A stretch of 64,000 bases of DNA from NCBI GenBank assembly GCA_016935525.1, contig JAFGQU010000012.1, forward strand, positions 1,248-65,247, read 5' to 3'. The translations under genes were made by a program, and so were the position numbers. This DNA is from Candidatus Omnitrophota bacterium. GTDB taxonomy: Bacteria > Omnitrophota > Gorgyraeia > Duberdicusellales > 4484-171. Every line of letters begins with the position of its first letter. Position 1 is the first letter of the stretch. This document shows positions 8,485 to 18,248 of the stretch, one piece after another. The notes below the pieces were generated by a model. The model did not search any database. It was not told the DNA's origin and worked only from the letters and a program-made list of their open reading frames with translations.

Positions 8485-11133
8485 ATGAATTTGATGAAAA
8501 AGTTCGCTTTTTCACTGGTTATTTTTATGTATAGCCTAGGATTTTATTCGCTTTTATACAGCCAACCTCCCGGAGCCCAGGAACTCTTTAGATTAGGAAA
8601 ACAATATCTTGAGGAAGGCGATAGAGAAGAAGCGGTACGTATGTTTGAAATGAGTCTTTCCGCAGACCCTTCTTATAAAGAACCGCAGGTGTATCTTGCC
8701 CGTATCCGTCGGGATGCTATCCACCAAAACTTAAATCGTTATGATAAAGGCCAGATGCGTGAGGAGTCCTCATCTTCCGGCGCGGTGCAAAGCATGTTAC
8801 AGAAACCACCGTATTCGACCGCGAAACCTGAATCTTCTTCCGGCGGAGTTATCTTTAAAGGCCAATATCAGATGGGCGCCGGGTTCACCAGCGATGACGG
8901 ATACTGGAAACGTTCGGATTATAATCTGAACGAAACGAATTACCGGATGTTAAGCGATGACGGTTTTAATCAAAGAGAGAATACCTATGATCCGGCGATC
9001 TTTTCTTTTCTGCGTTTTGATCTAGATTATCCGGCACCCGAGGAAGGATGGGGCGTGCATTCCAAATTCGATATCAGTCCCTGGAGTTTTATCGGAGAAT
9101 CCGATCGGGTTACCGTGACCAGCCTTTGGGGTGACCGCGCTGACGTTGAATTGAAATACTGGGCAAATACCGGATATACTTTTTCTCAGACGATGAAAAC
9201 TGAGATCTTCGGTAACGCTTTTAACCTTCCCGAACTGAAAGTTGAAGATGATAAAGTCGCAGCGACTCAGGTGGCCGCAAACTGGGGCGATGTGTTTACT
9301 ATTCCCGAATTAAAAATTCACCGGGATTTCTGGCCAGTACGTGAACTCAATATGTATTATGAAGGCGACGGCCACCATATCGAAATCTTTCCGGTCGCGC
9401 TGGAAGATAAAGCGTACACTTCCGATGATCCGATCGGCCTCTCCAACCATCGCACGTACTGGGAAGAATCGCAGTGGTTGACGTCCTGGGTACCCGGAAA
9501 CAATAATACCGGAGCCGGAGATTATTCTCCGGGCGAATGGGATGATTCTCTGGCTTTTTTAGTACGTGATGCCGGAAACGTCCGGTTGACGAATTTACGG
9601 GGGATGTCGTTGGGTATGGATTGGGATGACGCTGTGTTTGATTTCGTGATCGCTTCTCCCAAGACTCTCTGGCAGGATTACGATTCGTTCGATACGCTCA
9701 ATAGTTTCAGCCGCCTGAAAATATCCGCGGCAGATAATCTTACGGTCGGCGGCCTCTACGGGATGAAGATGGGGTATAAAGAGAACGGTCTGGACGCGTT
9801 CAATCATGTCTGGGGAATAGACGCCAATTACGGAATGACTCCTGAGACGCAGCTCTTTTTTGAAGTCGCGACTTCCATTTCCGAATATGACCGTAAATCT
9901 ACTTTCGAACAGGAGAAAAAAGGCAGCTCTTACCATATTTCTCTGATACATTCTTCGGGAAACGAATTCGGTAAAAACTATTTCGAACTTAATCCTGAAA
10001 AGAATGAGCCGTTTTACCGGTCGCGGTTCTCGTTTACCCGTATGGATGGGGCATTCGAGAGCGCGCTTTCCAGTCACCGGTTTACCCGGGACGATACGTT
10101 CTGGGGGAGACATCTTACATTCCGGCAGCCTTACCGGCAGTTTTTTGCCGGGTTGTATGATTCGTCAATGGATTGGTATTATGTGGATCAGTTCCGTATC
10201 GGTGACGGTGTAGATTCGGGAAGAGATACGTTTAGTTTTCGTTATGAATCATTTAATCTTTTAGATGCTAAGTTGGACATGTTATTCGATATGCGTAACG
10301 TCCATACCACCGACGGAGCTTTTCTTGAAAACGTGAGCCGTTTGGAGACGACCTACCGGGCAACCGAGGACACTACCTTCAAAGCGTTAGGGCTGTACCA
10401 TAAATTGCCGCATACGGTTACCGGAGTGGATCCGGTCATGAAGACTTCGGATGATTTTTCTATTGCCAATAGCGAGATCGATGACGGCCAGGACCCTACC
10501 CTCAAGACGGTTTCGGTGGGAGGTGAACACTGGTTTACCGACTGGTGTGCGGCAAACGTTATCTGGGAACATACCAACGACGTGACGCTTGCGTATGATA
10601 ATTTTCCCCGCGGCCTCTTAAACGGCAGCGACACTTCATTGGTCCTGGGAAATTACCGGTATGACCGGACCTGGCTTTACAGCCAGCAAGATTTTCCCGA
10701 ACCGCCGTATCCTTATTTCGATATTTTTAAAGTCGGGTTTAAAGTGCAACCTTCGGATACGTTGAATATATATCTGGATTGGACCCGCAATGAATATGAA
10801 TGGGCTCAGATCATTGATGATAACATGAATCATGTGGGGCTGCAGGTCGAATATCTCCCGATGGATACACTGGGGATGTATTTTCGTTACGTATATTCCC
10901 GGATGAAAGATATCTCGGAACTGGTCGAAGACGGACGGATCGTCAAGCGCGACCACCATAATTTTGCCTGGGAAGCGCGGTATCGTCCCGAAAAAGACCG
11001 GGAATTTATTCTGCAGTACGGTGTGGGTAGAGGAGCGTACCTGGGGACCTCCACATCGACTCCGTTCGGAGGAGATGTGCCGGTATTGGATACGCAACAT
11101 ATTGTAAGACTGTATTATCAACAGGAGTTTTAA
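8485..11133 (+). CDS. large exported protein: N-terminal TPR plus probable outer-membrane beta-barrel
   Basis: signal peptide, TPR-like helices (AQELFRLGKQYL..A..FE..L..DP), aromatic/acidic alternating strands, C-terminal ...YYQQEF. Confidence 0.6.
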   Translation: MNLMKKFAFSLVIFMYSLGFYSLLYSQPPGAQELFRLGKQYLEEGDREEAVRMFEMSLSADPSYKEPQVYLARIRRDAIHQNLNRYDKGQMREESSSSGAVQSMLQKPPYSTAKPESSSGGVIFKGQYQMGAGFTSDDGYWKRSDYNLNETNYRMLSDDGFNQRENTYDPAIFSFLRFDLDYPAPEEGWGVHSKFDISPWSFIGESDRVTVTSLWGDRADVELKYWANTGYTFSQTMKTEIFGNAFNLPELKVEDDKVAATQVAANWGDVFTIPELKIHRDFWPVRELNMYYEGDGHHIEIFPVALEDKAYTSDDPIGLSNHRTYWEESQWLTSWVPGNNNTGAGDYSPGEWDDSLAFLVRDAGNVRLTNLRGMSLGMDWDDAVFDFVIASPKTLWQDYDSFDTLNSFSRLKISAADNLTVGGLYGMKMGYKENGLDAFNHVWGIDANYGMTPETQLFFEVATSISEYDRKSTFEQEKKGSSYHISLIHSSGNEFGKNYFELNPEKNEPFYRSRFSFTRMDGAFESALSSHRFTRDDTFWGRHLTFRQPYRQFFAGLYDSSMDWYYVDQFRIGDGVDSGRDTFSFRYESFNLLDAKLDMLFDMRNVHTTDGAFLENVSRLETTYRATEDTTFKALGLYHKLPHTVTGVDPVMKTSDDFSIANSEIDDGQDPTLKTVSVGGEHWFTDWCAANVIWEHTNDVTLAYDNFPRGLLNGSDTSLVLGNYRYDRTWLYSQQDFPEPPYPYFDIFKVGFKVQPSDTLNIYLDWTRNEYEWAQIIDDNMNHVGLQVEYLPMDTLGMYFRYVYSRMKDISELVEDGRIVKRDHHNFAWEARYRPEKDREFILQYGVGRGAYLGTSTSTPFGGDVPVLDTQHIVRLYYQQEF

Positions 11134-11134
11134 G

Positions 11135-12112
11135 ATGAAGACGAATGAACGATACGCGATCGGGGTAGGGTTAAATCTTTTTGACGCGCAGGCCATTCTC
11201 ATGCGTGAAGACGGTAAAGAGATCACGAGTATCGAACGGCGGCGTAAATCGGTCGATGCGAATGAAACTCTTAATATCCTGCTTTCGTTATTTGACGATA
11301 TCCTCACGAAATCAGCACGGTATAAAGGAAAGATCGTGGGAGCGGGCGTAGCTCTCGGGGGGATCGTCGATCAGAAAAAAGGGGCGGTATACTGGCCGCA
11401 AAAGCAGGAAGCGTCATATGTGCGTATTTCTATCCCGTTTAAAAAATACCTTGAAGAAAAACTGAATTTGCCCATTTCCATGGTCAATGATACCAACGCC
11501 TGCGCCTGGGCGGAATATATCGTCAATTACCATAAATATAAGCATCTCCTTTATATGTTTTCCGGGTCCGGGTGCGGGTTTATCCTTAATGAGAAACTCT
11601 ATACCGGCCATGACGGAGGAGCCGGTGAGCTTCAGGTGACTCCTCACCGTGATATGGCTTCTATCCAGGGAGATTTCGGGTTTCTGGCGCCATGGGACCA
11701 GGATATGGGGATCATCCGGCGACTGAAGAATCTCATCTCTACCGGCCGGCGTACTTCGTTGATCAAAAGAATCAATGCGATAGGCGAACTTTCTCTGGAG
11801 GATGTGTTTCAGGAATCCAAAAAGGACAAACTCGCAAAGGAGGTGTTGGCCGAAGCTGCGTATGCTTTGGGAGTGAAGATATCTTTCTTGATCAATTTGC
11901 TTAACCCGGAAGTCGTGATCATCGGCGGCGGATTTGAAGAAGCCGGCGACCACTTTTTAGAAGAAGTGAATAAGACGACGAAGAAGTTTTCATTCAGTCT
12001 CCTGCGGCGCAATGTCAAGATGTATTACTCGACTTTGGGCCGGAAAGCCTCCGCAATCGGGGCGGCATACCGTGTCTTCGAAGAAAAATCTTTACACCAA
12101 GAGAATGAATGA
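11135..12112 (+). CDS. ROK family protein (degenerate motifs)
   Basis: GVALGGIVD, NDTNACAWAE, GCG..LN.KLY.G..GGAGE, LNPEVVIIGGG, AIGAA. Confidence 0.85.
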   Translation: MKTNERYAIGVGLNLFDAQAILMREDGKEITSIERRRKSVDANETLNILLSLFDDILTKSARYKGKIVGAGVALGGIVDQKKGAVYWPQKQEASYVRISIPFKKYLEEKLNLPISMVNDTNACAWAEYIVNYHKYKHLLYMFSGSGCGFILNEKLYTGHDGGAGELQVTPHRDMASIQGDFGFLAPWDQDMGIIRRLKNLISTGRRTSLIKRINAIGELSLEDVFQESKKDKLAKEVLAEAAYALGVKISFLINLLNPEVVIIGGGFEEAGDHFLEEVNKTTKKFSFSLLRRNVKMYYSTLGRKASAIGAAYRVFEEKSLHQENE

Positions 12113-12154
12113 TATAATTTATGTAAATAATTTATTTAACCAAGGAGGTGATTA

Positions 12155-13330
12155 ATGGGAAGGAATCTGCCGCTCATAATACTGCTTATACTTTTAATCG
12201 TAAGTGGTTTTATAGCGCTAAAATTTTATACCGATGCCCAACAACTCTACACCGAGAAACAGAACCTCGTCAATGAGAATACAGAGTTGCTCAATGAAAA
12301 TAGAAGCCTGAAAAAACATAAAGAACGTCTGGAAAAAGAAAGTAAAGAATTCGAACAACGCTGGAGAGAAGTGCTCCAGGAGTTGTCCGAAGCCGAAAGA
12401 AAATTAAAAGACGATGATGCTCGGTATCAACAGGTCAGGAAAGAGCGGGATATCCTGGAGAAGAAACTCAAGGAAGGCCCGAAAGTCGTCGTCACGGAGA
12501 AACCTCAGGCTAAACAGGAAGATAAAGCTCTCCCGGAGCATTGGGAATCAGTAGTCCGGGCCAAAGCCGAACTTGAAGCCCAACTGGAAGGGTTAAATAA
12601 AGAACTTCTTGATACCCGCGCAAAGATCGCGGAGTTAGATAAAAACAACAAAGAGCTCAGCATCAAGATCGACGAACTTACCAAAGTGAAAGAACGTCTG
12701 GAAAAAGATGCCGAGTTCAAAGAAAGAACTATGCAGATCATGAGTAAGGATCTTGTGAATGAGAGGGAAAAACGCCAGGCTTTGGATAAAGAAGTCGGGA
12801 AACTTCGTGACGATAACATCGGATTGAAACAGGAGATGATCCTTGCCAATAAGGAAAAATCACGACTTCAAAATAACCTGAAGAACGCGCTGGAGACCCG
12901 TCAAGATCTGGAACGGAAAGTCAGCGAAATAGAAAAAGTGCTGAAAGAAAAGTCGTTGTTATTCGAACAATTAAAAGATGAGCTTGTAGATACCTTGCAG
13001 GTCAGTGAGGATATCGCGGCATCTTCGTCGGTAACTCTTCCGCCGATCGTAGTAGAACAGAAGCCCCAGGTCAAGATGCAGCCTGATGTAGGCGCGGTCG
13101 CAACCGGTATCATGCAGGGGAATGTCCTTGCCGTGAACCAGAAAGAACGGTTTGTGATCATCGATCTCGGCGCCGATGCCGGAGTAAATACCGGAGATGT
13201 CTTTGAAGTGTATCGCGGTAACCGGTTTATCGGGTTGGTGGAAGTCATTGAGACCAGACGAGAAGTCTCTGCCGCCGATATCAAGAGCGGATCGGCGATT
13301 GTTGAGAACGATACGGTAATATCAAAATAA
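12155..13330 (+). CDS. membrane-anchored coiled-coil protein with small C-terminal beta domain
   Basis: N-terminal TM, ~250 aa E/K/L heptads, C-terminal GNVLAVN..FVIIDLG..GV..GD.F.V.R. Confidence 0.7.
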   Translation: MGRNLPLIILLILLIVSGFIALKFYTDAQQLYTEKQNLVNENTELLNENRSLKKHKERLEKESKEFEQRWREVLQELSEAERKLKDDDARYQQVRKERDILEKKLKEGPKVVVTEKPQAKQEDKALPEHWESVVRAKAELEAQLEGLNKELLDTRAKIAELDKNNKELSIKIDELTKVKERLEKDAEFKERTMQIMSKDLVNEREKRQALDKEVGKLRDDNIGLKQEMILANKEKSRLQNNLKNALETRQDLERKVSEIEKVLKEKSLLFEQLKDELVDTLQVSEDIAASSSVTLPPIVVEQKPQVKMQPDVGAVATGIMQGNVLAVNQKERFVIIDLGADAGVNTGDVFEVYRGNRFIGLVEVIETRREVSAADIKSGSAIVENDTVISK

Positions 13331-13364
13331 AAAGAAATTTCTTTAACATAGAAATTAATTAGCT

Positions 13365-14360
13365 GTGGCCCCTGAGAAAATAACTATTAACGAAGTTGCC
13401 CGGGAAGCTGGAGTATCGATTGCTACAGTTTCCCGGTATCTTACCAGCCCGATCTCGATCAAAAAAGAAAACCGGTCAAGAGTTGAACAGGCGATTAAAT
13501 CATTGCACTATAAGCCTTATGTCTATGCCCGTAAACTTGCCGGCGGTAAACTGGGAGTGTTCGGGCTGGTTATCCCCGGGTATGAAGGAATATTCTACTC
13601 TTTTTATGCGTTAGAAATATTACGGGGGATGGGATTTGAATTAAAAAATATCAATAAAGATCTCTATCTGCACATCTATTGGGGAGAAGACCGGCTCAAT
13701 TCGTCGTTAGTCGACGGGATCATCTTTGCCGATGTGTTAGAGAACGAACGTCAGCTTAAACGGATCCTGAAAGAAAAAATACCTTGCGTGGTGATCAACA
13801 AAAAAACTGATGACCTTGAGGTAAGTTATGTCGCCATCGATAACTTCAAAGGAGCCTACCGGGCTACCGAACACCTGATCAAACAGGGCCACACTAAGAT
13901 TGCCCATATTGCCGGAGACCTGCGCGTTGAGTCCGCTCAGGAACGTTTGTCCGGGTACCGCAAAGCGCTCAGTGATCATAAACTCAACGTGCGCGATAAC
14001 TTTATGAAAGAAGCTCATTTTTCAAGACCGGAAGCCCGCCGGGTAGTTGAAGAGTTGTTTTCGCAAAGTGAGGTTCCTACGGCGATCTTTGCCGGAAGCG
14101 ACGATATGGCTTTAGAGGTATTCCATTTTGCTCAGAAAGAAAATATTAAGTTTCCCGAAGATCTGTCCTTGATCGGGTTTGACGATAATCCGTTGTGCAT
14201 GTATGAAAACCTGGAATTGACGACTGTCCGTCAACCGATCCGGGAGATGGTCTCTGTCGCTGTCGATATTTTGAAAAAAACAGTCGATAAAAAAGAAGGA
14301 ATAGTGAAAAAGATGCTCGAACCGGAACTGGTTATCCGCAAGAGCGTCAGCGCTGTATAG
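13365..14360 (+). CDS. LacI family transcriptional regulator
   Basis: TINEVAREAGVSIATVSR HTH, IDNFKGAY.AT.HL, GFDD, LTTVRQP. Confidence 0.95.
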   Translation: MAPEKITINEVAREAGVSIATVSRYLTSPISIKKENRSRVEQAIKSLHYKPYVYARKLAGGKLGVFGLVIPGYEGIFYSFYALEILRGMGFELKNINKDLYLHIYWGEDRLNSSLVDGIIFADVLENERQLKRILKEKIPCVVINKKTDDLEVSYVAIDNFKGAYRATEHLIKQGHTKIAHIAGDLRVESAQERLSGYRKALSDHKLNVRDNFMKEAHFSRPEARRVVEELFSQSEVPTAIFAGSDDMALEVFHFAQKENIKFPEDLSLIGFDDNPLCMYENLELTTVRQPIREMVSVAVDILKKTVDKKEGIVKKMLEPELVIRKSVSAV

Positions 14361-14499
14361 ATGCCTTTCACCAAAAGGGCAAGACCTGCTCTCTTGATGA
14401 ATATACTTATTCACATCGTTTGATGAATACGTTTCTTCTTCAATAGGTAAAAATGGGGAAAGAGATCCTACTGGATCAAGAGGGATTGTTTGAACAACG

Positions 14500-14546
14500 T
14501 AGCTATATTTTGTGGATAAGCTGTGGATGAGCACAACATATTGTAT
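14500..14546 (+). promoter_or_regulatory. tandem NrdR boxes with interleaved DnaA boxes
   Basis: tagCTATATTTTGtgg (14500) and gcaCAACATATTGtat (14531), 31 bp apart; TGTGGATAA at 14511 and TGTGGATGA at 14522. Confidence 0.7.
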
Positions 14547-14553
14547 TTTCTCC

Positions 14554-14581
14554 TTGACAGAGGAGTTTGGATTGATAAAAT
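14554..14581 (+). promoter_or_regulatory. sigma70 promoter of nrdJ
   Basis: TTGACA, 16 bp, TAAAAT with TGn extended -10. Confidence 0.6.
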
Positions 14582-14797
14582 GAGTTCTGCCGTATATTTC
14601 CTGTCACAATATTGTTTGATTCTGCCGCATACGTATCCTTTGGGTTTGGTAGAAAGGGGGGGAGGAAGCCAATCCATGGTGGTAATCAATGAAAGAGGCG
14701 GCTTTGGATGAACCACCACAATAGGAATAAAAACCTGTATTATTTACTCTGCGGCTTCACCGCGGAGTGTTTGTTTCAAAACTGAAGGAGCCGAATT

Positions 14798-17122
14798 ATG
14801 GATCAAAATCTTCAATTTTCCGCCAATTCTCTGACCGTCCTCAAAAAACGTTACCTTAAAAAAGATGCAAGCGGCGAAGTCTGTGAATCTCCTAAACAGA
14901 TGTTGGAAAGAGTTGCCGGAGCTATCGCCGGAATCGAACGGCGTTACGGAGCTTCCCGTAGCGTAGTACAGGAAGTGGAAGACGCTTTTTTTAATATGAT
15001 GGCAGAACTTAAGTTCATGCCTAATTCTCCTACACTGATGAATGCCGGAAAAGATCTGGGCCAGCTTTCGGCATGTTTTGTCGTTCCGGTCGAAGATTCC
15101 ATGGAATCTATTTTCGATGCGATAAAAGCTACCGCGCTTATTCATAAGACCGGCGGAGGTACGGGATTTAGTTTTTCTCAATTACGTCCTAAACGAAGTA
15201 TGGTCAAATCGACCGGAGGTGTCGCCTCAGGGCCGGTTTCGTTTATGAAAGTGTTTGACGCGGCGACTCAAGCCGTGAAACAGGGCGGGACCCGCCGGGG
15301 AGCGAACATGGGGATATTACGGGTCGATCATCCCGACATCAAAGAGTTCATTACCTGTAAAGAGAAGGAAGGAGATATTTCTAATTTTAATATTTCGGTC
15401 GCAGTCACCGATGAGTTTATGGAAAAGGTAGCCCGTAACGAATCCTATTCATTGGTCGACCCGCGTACGCACGAGGTAGTCGAAGAAATATCGGCTCAGG
15501 AAGTTTTTGATATGATCACTCAAGGCGCCTGGAAAAACGGCGAACCGGGAGTCGTCTTTATCGATAAGATAAATAGCGGGAATCCTACCTCTCATTTAGG
15601 GGCGATCGAGAGTACCAACCCTTGCGGCGAACAGCCTTTGTTACCGTTTGAATCGTGTAATTTAGGTTCGATAAACCTGGCTAAGATGCTGAAGGTCAAC
15701 GCTCAGGGGAAATATGAAGTCGATTGGGAAGAGCTGGGAAGGGTGACTCATCTGGTCACACGGTTTTTAGATAACGTCATCGATGCCAACAAATTCCCTT
15801 TACCCCAGATCAAGGAGAATACCACCCGTACCCGTAAAATAGGGTTAGGGATCATGGGCTGGGCGACGATGCTGGGATTTTTAGAGGTCCCTTACGAAAG
15901 TGAGGATGCCTTGAAACTGGCAAAAGAGTTGATGAATTTTATTCATACCCAGTCTAAAGAAGAGTCTATTTCTCTTGCCCGGGACCGGGGAGTATTTCCG
16001 TCCTGGCGGGGAAGTGTATGGGAAGAACAGGGAATAAAGATAAGGAACGCGACCCTTACGACGATCGCTCCTACCGGTTCGATAAGTATTATCGGAGGCC
16101 CGACGTCTACCGGTATCGAACCATTTTTCTCGCTGGTCTACTACCGTAATATTTTAGACGGAGAGAGGCTGTTGGAGGTCGAACCCAGTTTCGAATATGT
16201 CGCAAAAAAACGCGGTTTCTATTCGGAAGAATTAATGAAAAAAATCGCCTCCGGTGAAAGTATCCAGAAGATGCCGGAAATCCCGGATGATATCAAATTG
16301 ATGTTCAAAACGGCGCTGGAAATATCGCCGCTGATGCATGTGAAGATGCAGGCGGCTTTTCAGGAAGGGACGGATAACGCGGTATCAAAAACGATCAATC
16401 TGCCTAATAGCGCGACATTGAACGATGTAAAAGAGGCTTTGATTTATTCATATAAGCTGGGTTGTAAAGGGATGACGCTTTACCGTGACGGGTCACGCAG
16501 TGTCCAGGTGTTGACGGTAGGCAATGAAAAGAAGACTCAGCAGGAACAGGCTCTCAGTGAAGATTCTTCGCTCCGGATGGCGGTTGTCCATCCCAAACCC
16601 CGGCCGGAAATGATCATGGGGACTACGACTAAGATCACTACCGGGTGCGGTAATCTCTATATCACCGTCAATCAGGATCCTGACGGAGAGTTTTTTGAAG
16701 TGTTCACTCAGATGGGAAAAGCCGGAGGATGCGCGGCATCACAGCTGGAAGCGGTGGGGAGATTGATATCACTGGCGTTGCGCGGCGGAGTGGACCTTAA
16801 AGTCGTGGTCGAACAGTTGAAAGGTATCCGTTGTCCTTCTCCTAACTGGATGAACGGGAAAAAGATATTTTCCTGTGCCGATGCGATCGCGAGAGTCCTG
16901 GAAAAACGGGCCGCCGATCAAAAACAGCTGGTCAATATCAAGGTCTCTCAGGCCGAAGAAGAATTGGCGCTTAAGGTCACATCTGCTGCGCAGACGACCG
17001 TCAAAGTGAAAAAGGTCAGCCGGCTCAAGAATGTGGTAGGAGTATGCCCTGATTGCGGTTCGGCCTTGCGGCATCAGGAAGGCTGCCTGCTCTGTGACGC
17101 CTGCGGGTATAGTAAATGTTAA
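14798..17122 (+). CDS. nrdJ: class II (adenosylcobalamin-dependent) ribonucleotide reductase with C-terminal TSCPD/Zn-ribbon
   Basis: PNSPTLMNAG, QLSACFV, TNPCGEQPL, CNLGSINL, TIAPTG, YRDGSR, C-terminal CPDC..CDACGYSKC. Confidence 0.95.
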   Translation: MDQNLQFSANSLTVLKKRYLKKDASGEVCESPKQMLERVAGAIAGIERRYGASRSVVQEVEDAFFNMMAELKFMPNSPTLMNAGKDLGQLSACFVVPVEDSMESIFDAIKATALIHKTGGGTGFSFSQLRPKRSMVKSTGGVASGPVSFMKVFDAATQAVKQGGTRRGANMGILRVDHPDIKEFITCKEKEGDISNFNISVAVTDEFMEKVARNESYSLVDPRTHEVVEEISAQEVFDMITQGAWKNGEPGVVFIDKINSGNPTSHLGAIESTNPCGEQPLLPFESCNLGSINLAKMLKVNAQGKYEVDWEELGRVTHLVTRFLDNVIDANKFPLPQIKENTTRTRKIGLGIMGWATMLGFLEVPYESEDALKLAKELMNFIHTQSKEESISLARDRGVFPSWRGSVWEEQGIKIRNATLTTIAPTGSISIIGGPTSTGIEPFFSLVYYRNILDGERLLEVEPSFEYVAKKRGFYSEELMKKIASGESIQKMPEIPDDIKLMFKTALEISPLMHVKMQAAFQEGTDNAVSKTINLPNSATLNDVKEALIYSYKLGCKGMTLYRDGSRSVQVLTVGNEKKTQQEQALSEDSSLRMAVVHPKPRPEMIMGTTTKITTGCGNLYITVNQDPDGEFFEVFTQMGKAGGCAASQLEAVGRLISLALRGGVDLKVVVEQLKGIRCPSPNWMNGKKIFSCADAIARVLEKRAADQKQLVNIKVSQAEEELALKVTSAAQTTVKVKKVSRLKNVVGVCPDCGSALRHQEGCLLCDACGYSKC

Positions 17123-17126
17123 TTAG

Positions 17127-17234
17127 GTTCGACCCGTTCGCGCGTGCTCGCGTTCGCCCGTTCAAATAACGTTTAGAAGATAATATTGGATATTTGATGA
17201 AGAACGGGTAAAACGGGGTAACGGGAAAACGGAG
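17127..17234. repeat. inverted pair of octamer tracts (CCCGTTCG / AACGGGTA)
   Basis: cccgttcgcgcgtgctcgcgttcgcccgttc...aacgggtaaaacggggtaacgggaaaacgg; same family at 55966-56058. Confidence 0.75.
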
Positions 17235-17257
17235 GTCCGATCTCACCATATATATCC

Positions 17258-17641
17258 ATGCATTGCCATAAGAAGAAGATTTATTATCATGATACCGATT
17301 GCGGGGGTGTGGTGTATTACGCCAATTACCTTAAATATCTGGAGGAAGCCCGTACCGAATTTTTCGCCGCGAACAAGATAGATCTGAAAGAATTATCAAA
17401 GCAGGGAACGTTATTTGTCGTATCTTCGGTTGAAATGTCTTACCGCTCACCGGCCCGCTACGGCGATGAGATAGGGGTATATACTTCGATCGAAAAGGCC
17501 CGCAGTGCCAGCCTGATGTTTTTTCAGGAGATAAAACGCGGTGACATGATCCTGGCTGAGTGTCGTACTCTGCTGGTCTGTGTAAACGGGCAGATGTCGC
17601 CTCAAATAATCCCATCGTCTCTAAAGGAGTCTCTGGCATAA
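17258..17641 (+). CDS. YbgC/FadM family acyl-CoA thioesterase
   Basis: IYYHDTDCGGVVYYANYLKYLEEAR. Confidence 0.9.
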   Translation: MHCHKKKIYYHDTDCGGVVYYANYLKYLEEARTEFFAANKIDLKELSKQGTLFVVSSVEMSYRSPARYGDEIGVYTSIEKARSASLMFFQEIKRGDMILAECRTLLVCVNGQMSPQIIPSSLKESLA

Positions 17642-17711
17642 TTTTTTAACCGGGAAAGGGGAGAGGAGTTTTACCCTTTGTGTAAGAGGGTTTTTGCTGC
17701 CGGCTTCCCCC

Positions 17712-17772
17712 TTGACTATTTTCCATTATTATAATATACTTAAGGTAGTTAATTATTAGGATAATGAATTAT
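17712..17772 (+). promoter_or_regulatory. promoter and probable MarR operator
   Basis: TTGACT, 17 bp, TATACT; imperfect palindrome TTAATTATtaggATAATGAA downstream. Confidence 0.5.
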
Positions 17773-17789
17773 TAGGGAGGTTAATCAAT

Positions 17790-18248
17790 ATGGGAAAAGA
17801 CAAGAGATTGGAACGGTTTATCGAAGAAGTGTCCCGAATCATGCCTCAGGTCCTCCAGGGGATATTCCGGCGGCAAAGAGCCGACCTTTTGGCGAAAGGC
17901 GAGATCTCTATCCCCCAGTTTCTGCTTATGTTTCTCCTGTGCCGCAAGGGGTTTATGAAGATGAAAGATATCGCGCATGAATTGAACGTGAGCCTGCCGG
18001 CGACGACCGGCCTGGTAAACCGGCTGGTAAGGGACGGACGGGTAAAACGTATTCCCGATGAAAAAGACCGCCGGGTAGTATATATAGGTATTACATCAAG
18101 AGGGAAACAGGTGGTGAATACCGTGCGAAATCAGCGTAAAAAGCTGTTTACGGAAGTATTCAGCAATATATCCGAGAAAGAACGAGTTCAGTATCTTAAG
18201 GTGTTACGTAAAGTCGCAAAATATGTTCAGGTTCATGAAGAAAAATAA
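17790..18248 (+). CDS. MarR family regulator
   Basis: IA.ELNVSLPATTGLVNRL, DEKDRR..YI.IT.RG. Confidence 0.92.
   Translation: MGKDKRLERFIEEVSRIMPQVLQGIFRRQRADLLAKGEISIPQFLLMFLLCRKGFMKMKDIAHELNVSLPATTGLVNRLVRDGRVKRIPDEKDRRVVYIGITSRGKQVVNTVRNQRKKLFTEVFSNISEKERVQYLKVLRKVAKYVQVHEEK

Noticed and set aside
14407-14530. oriC
   Set aside because: Only about three DnaA boxes, no dnaA/dnaN nearby and no change in gene strand bias; better explained as nrdJ regulation.
14798-17122. Intein or intron in nrdJ (likewise rtcB)
   Set aside because: Motifs are contiguous and lengths are normal.
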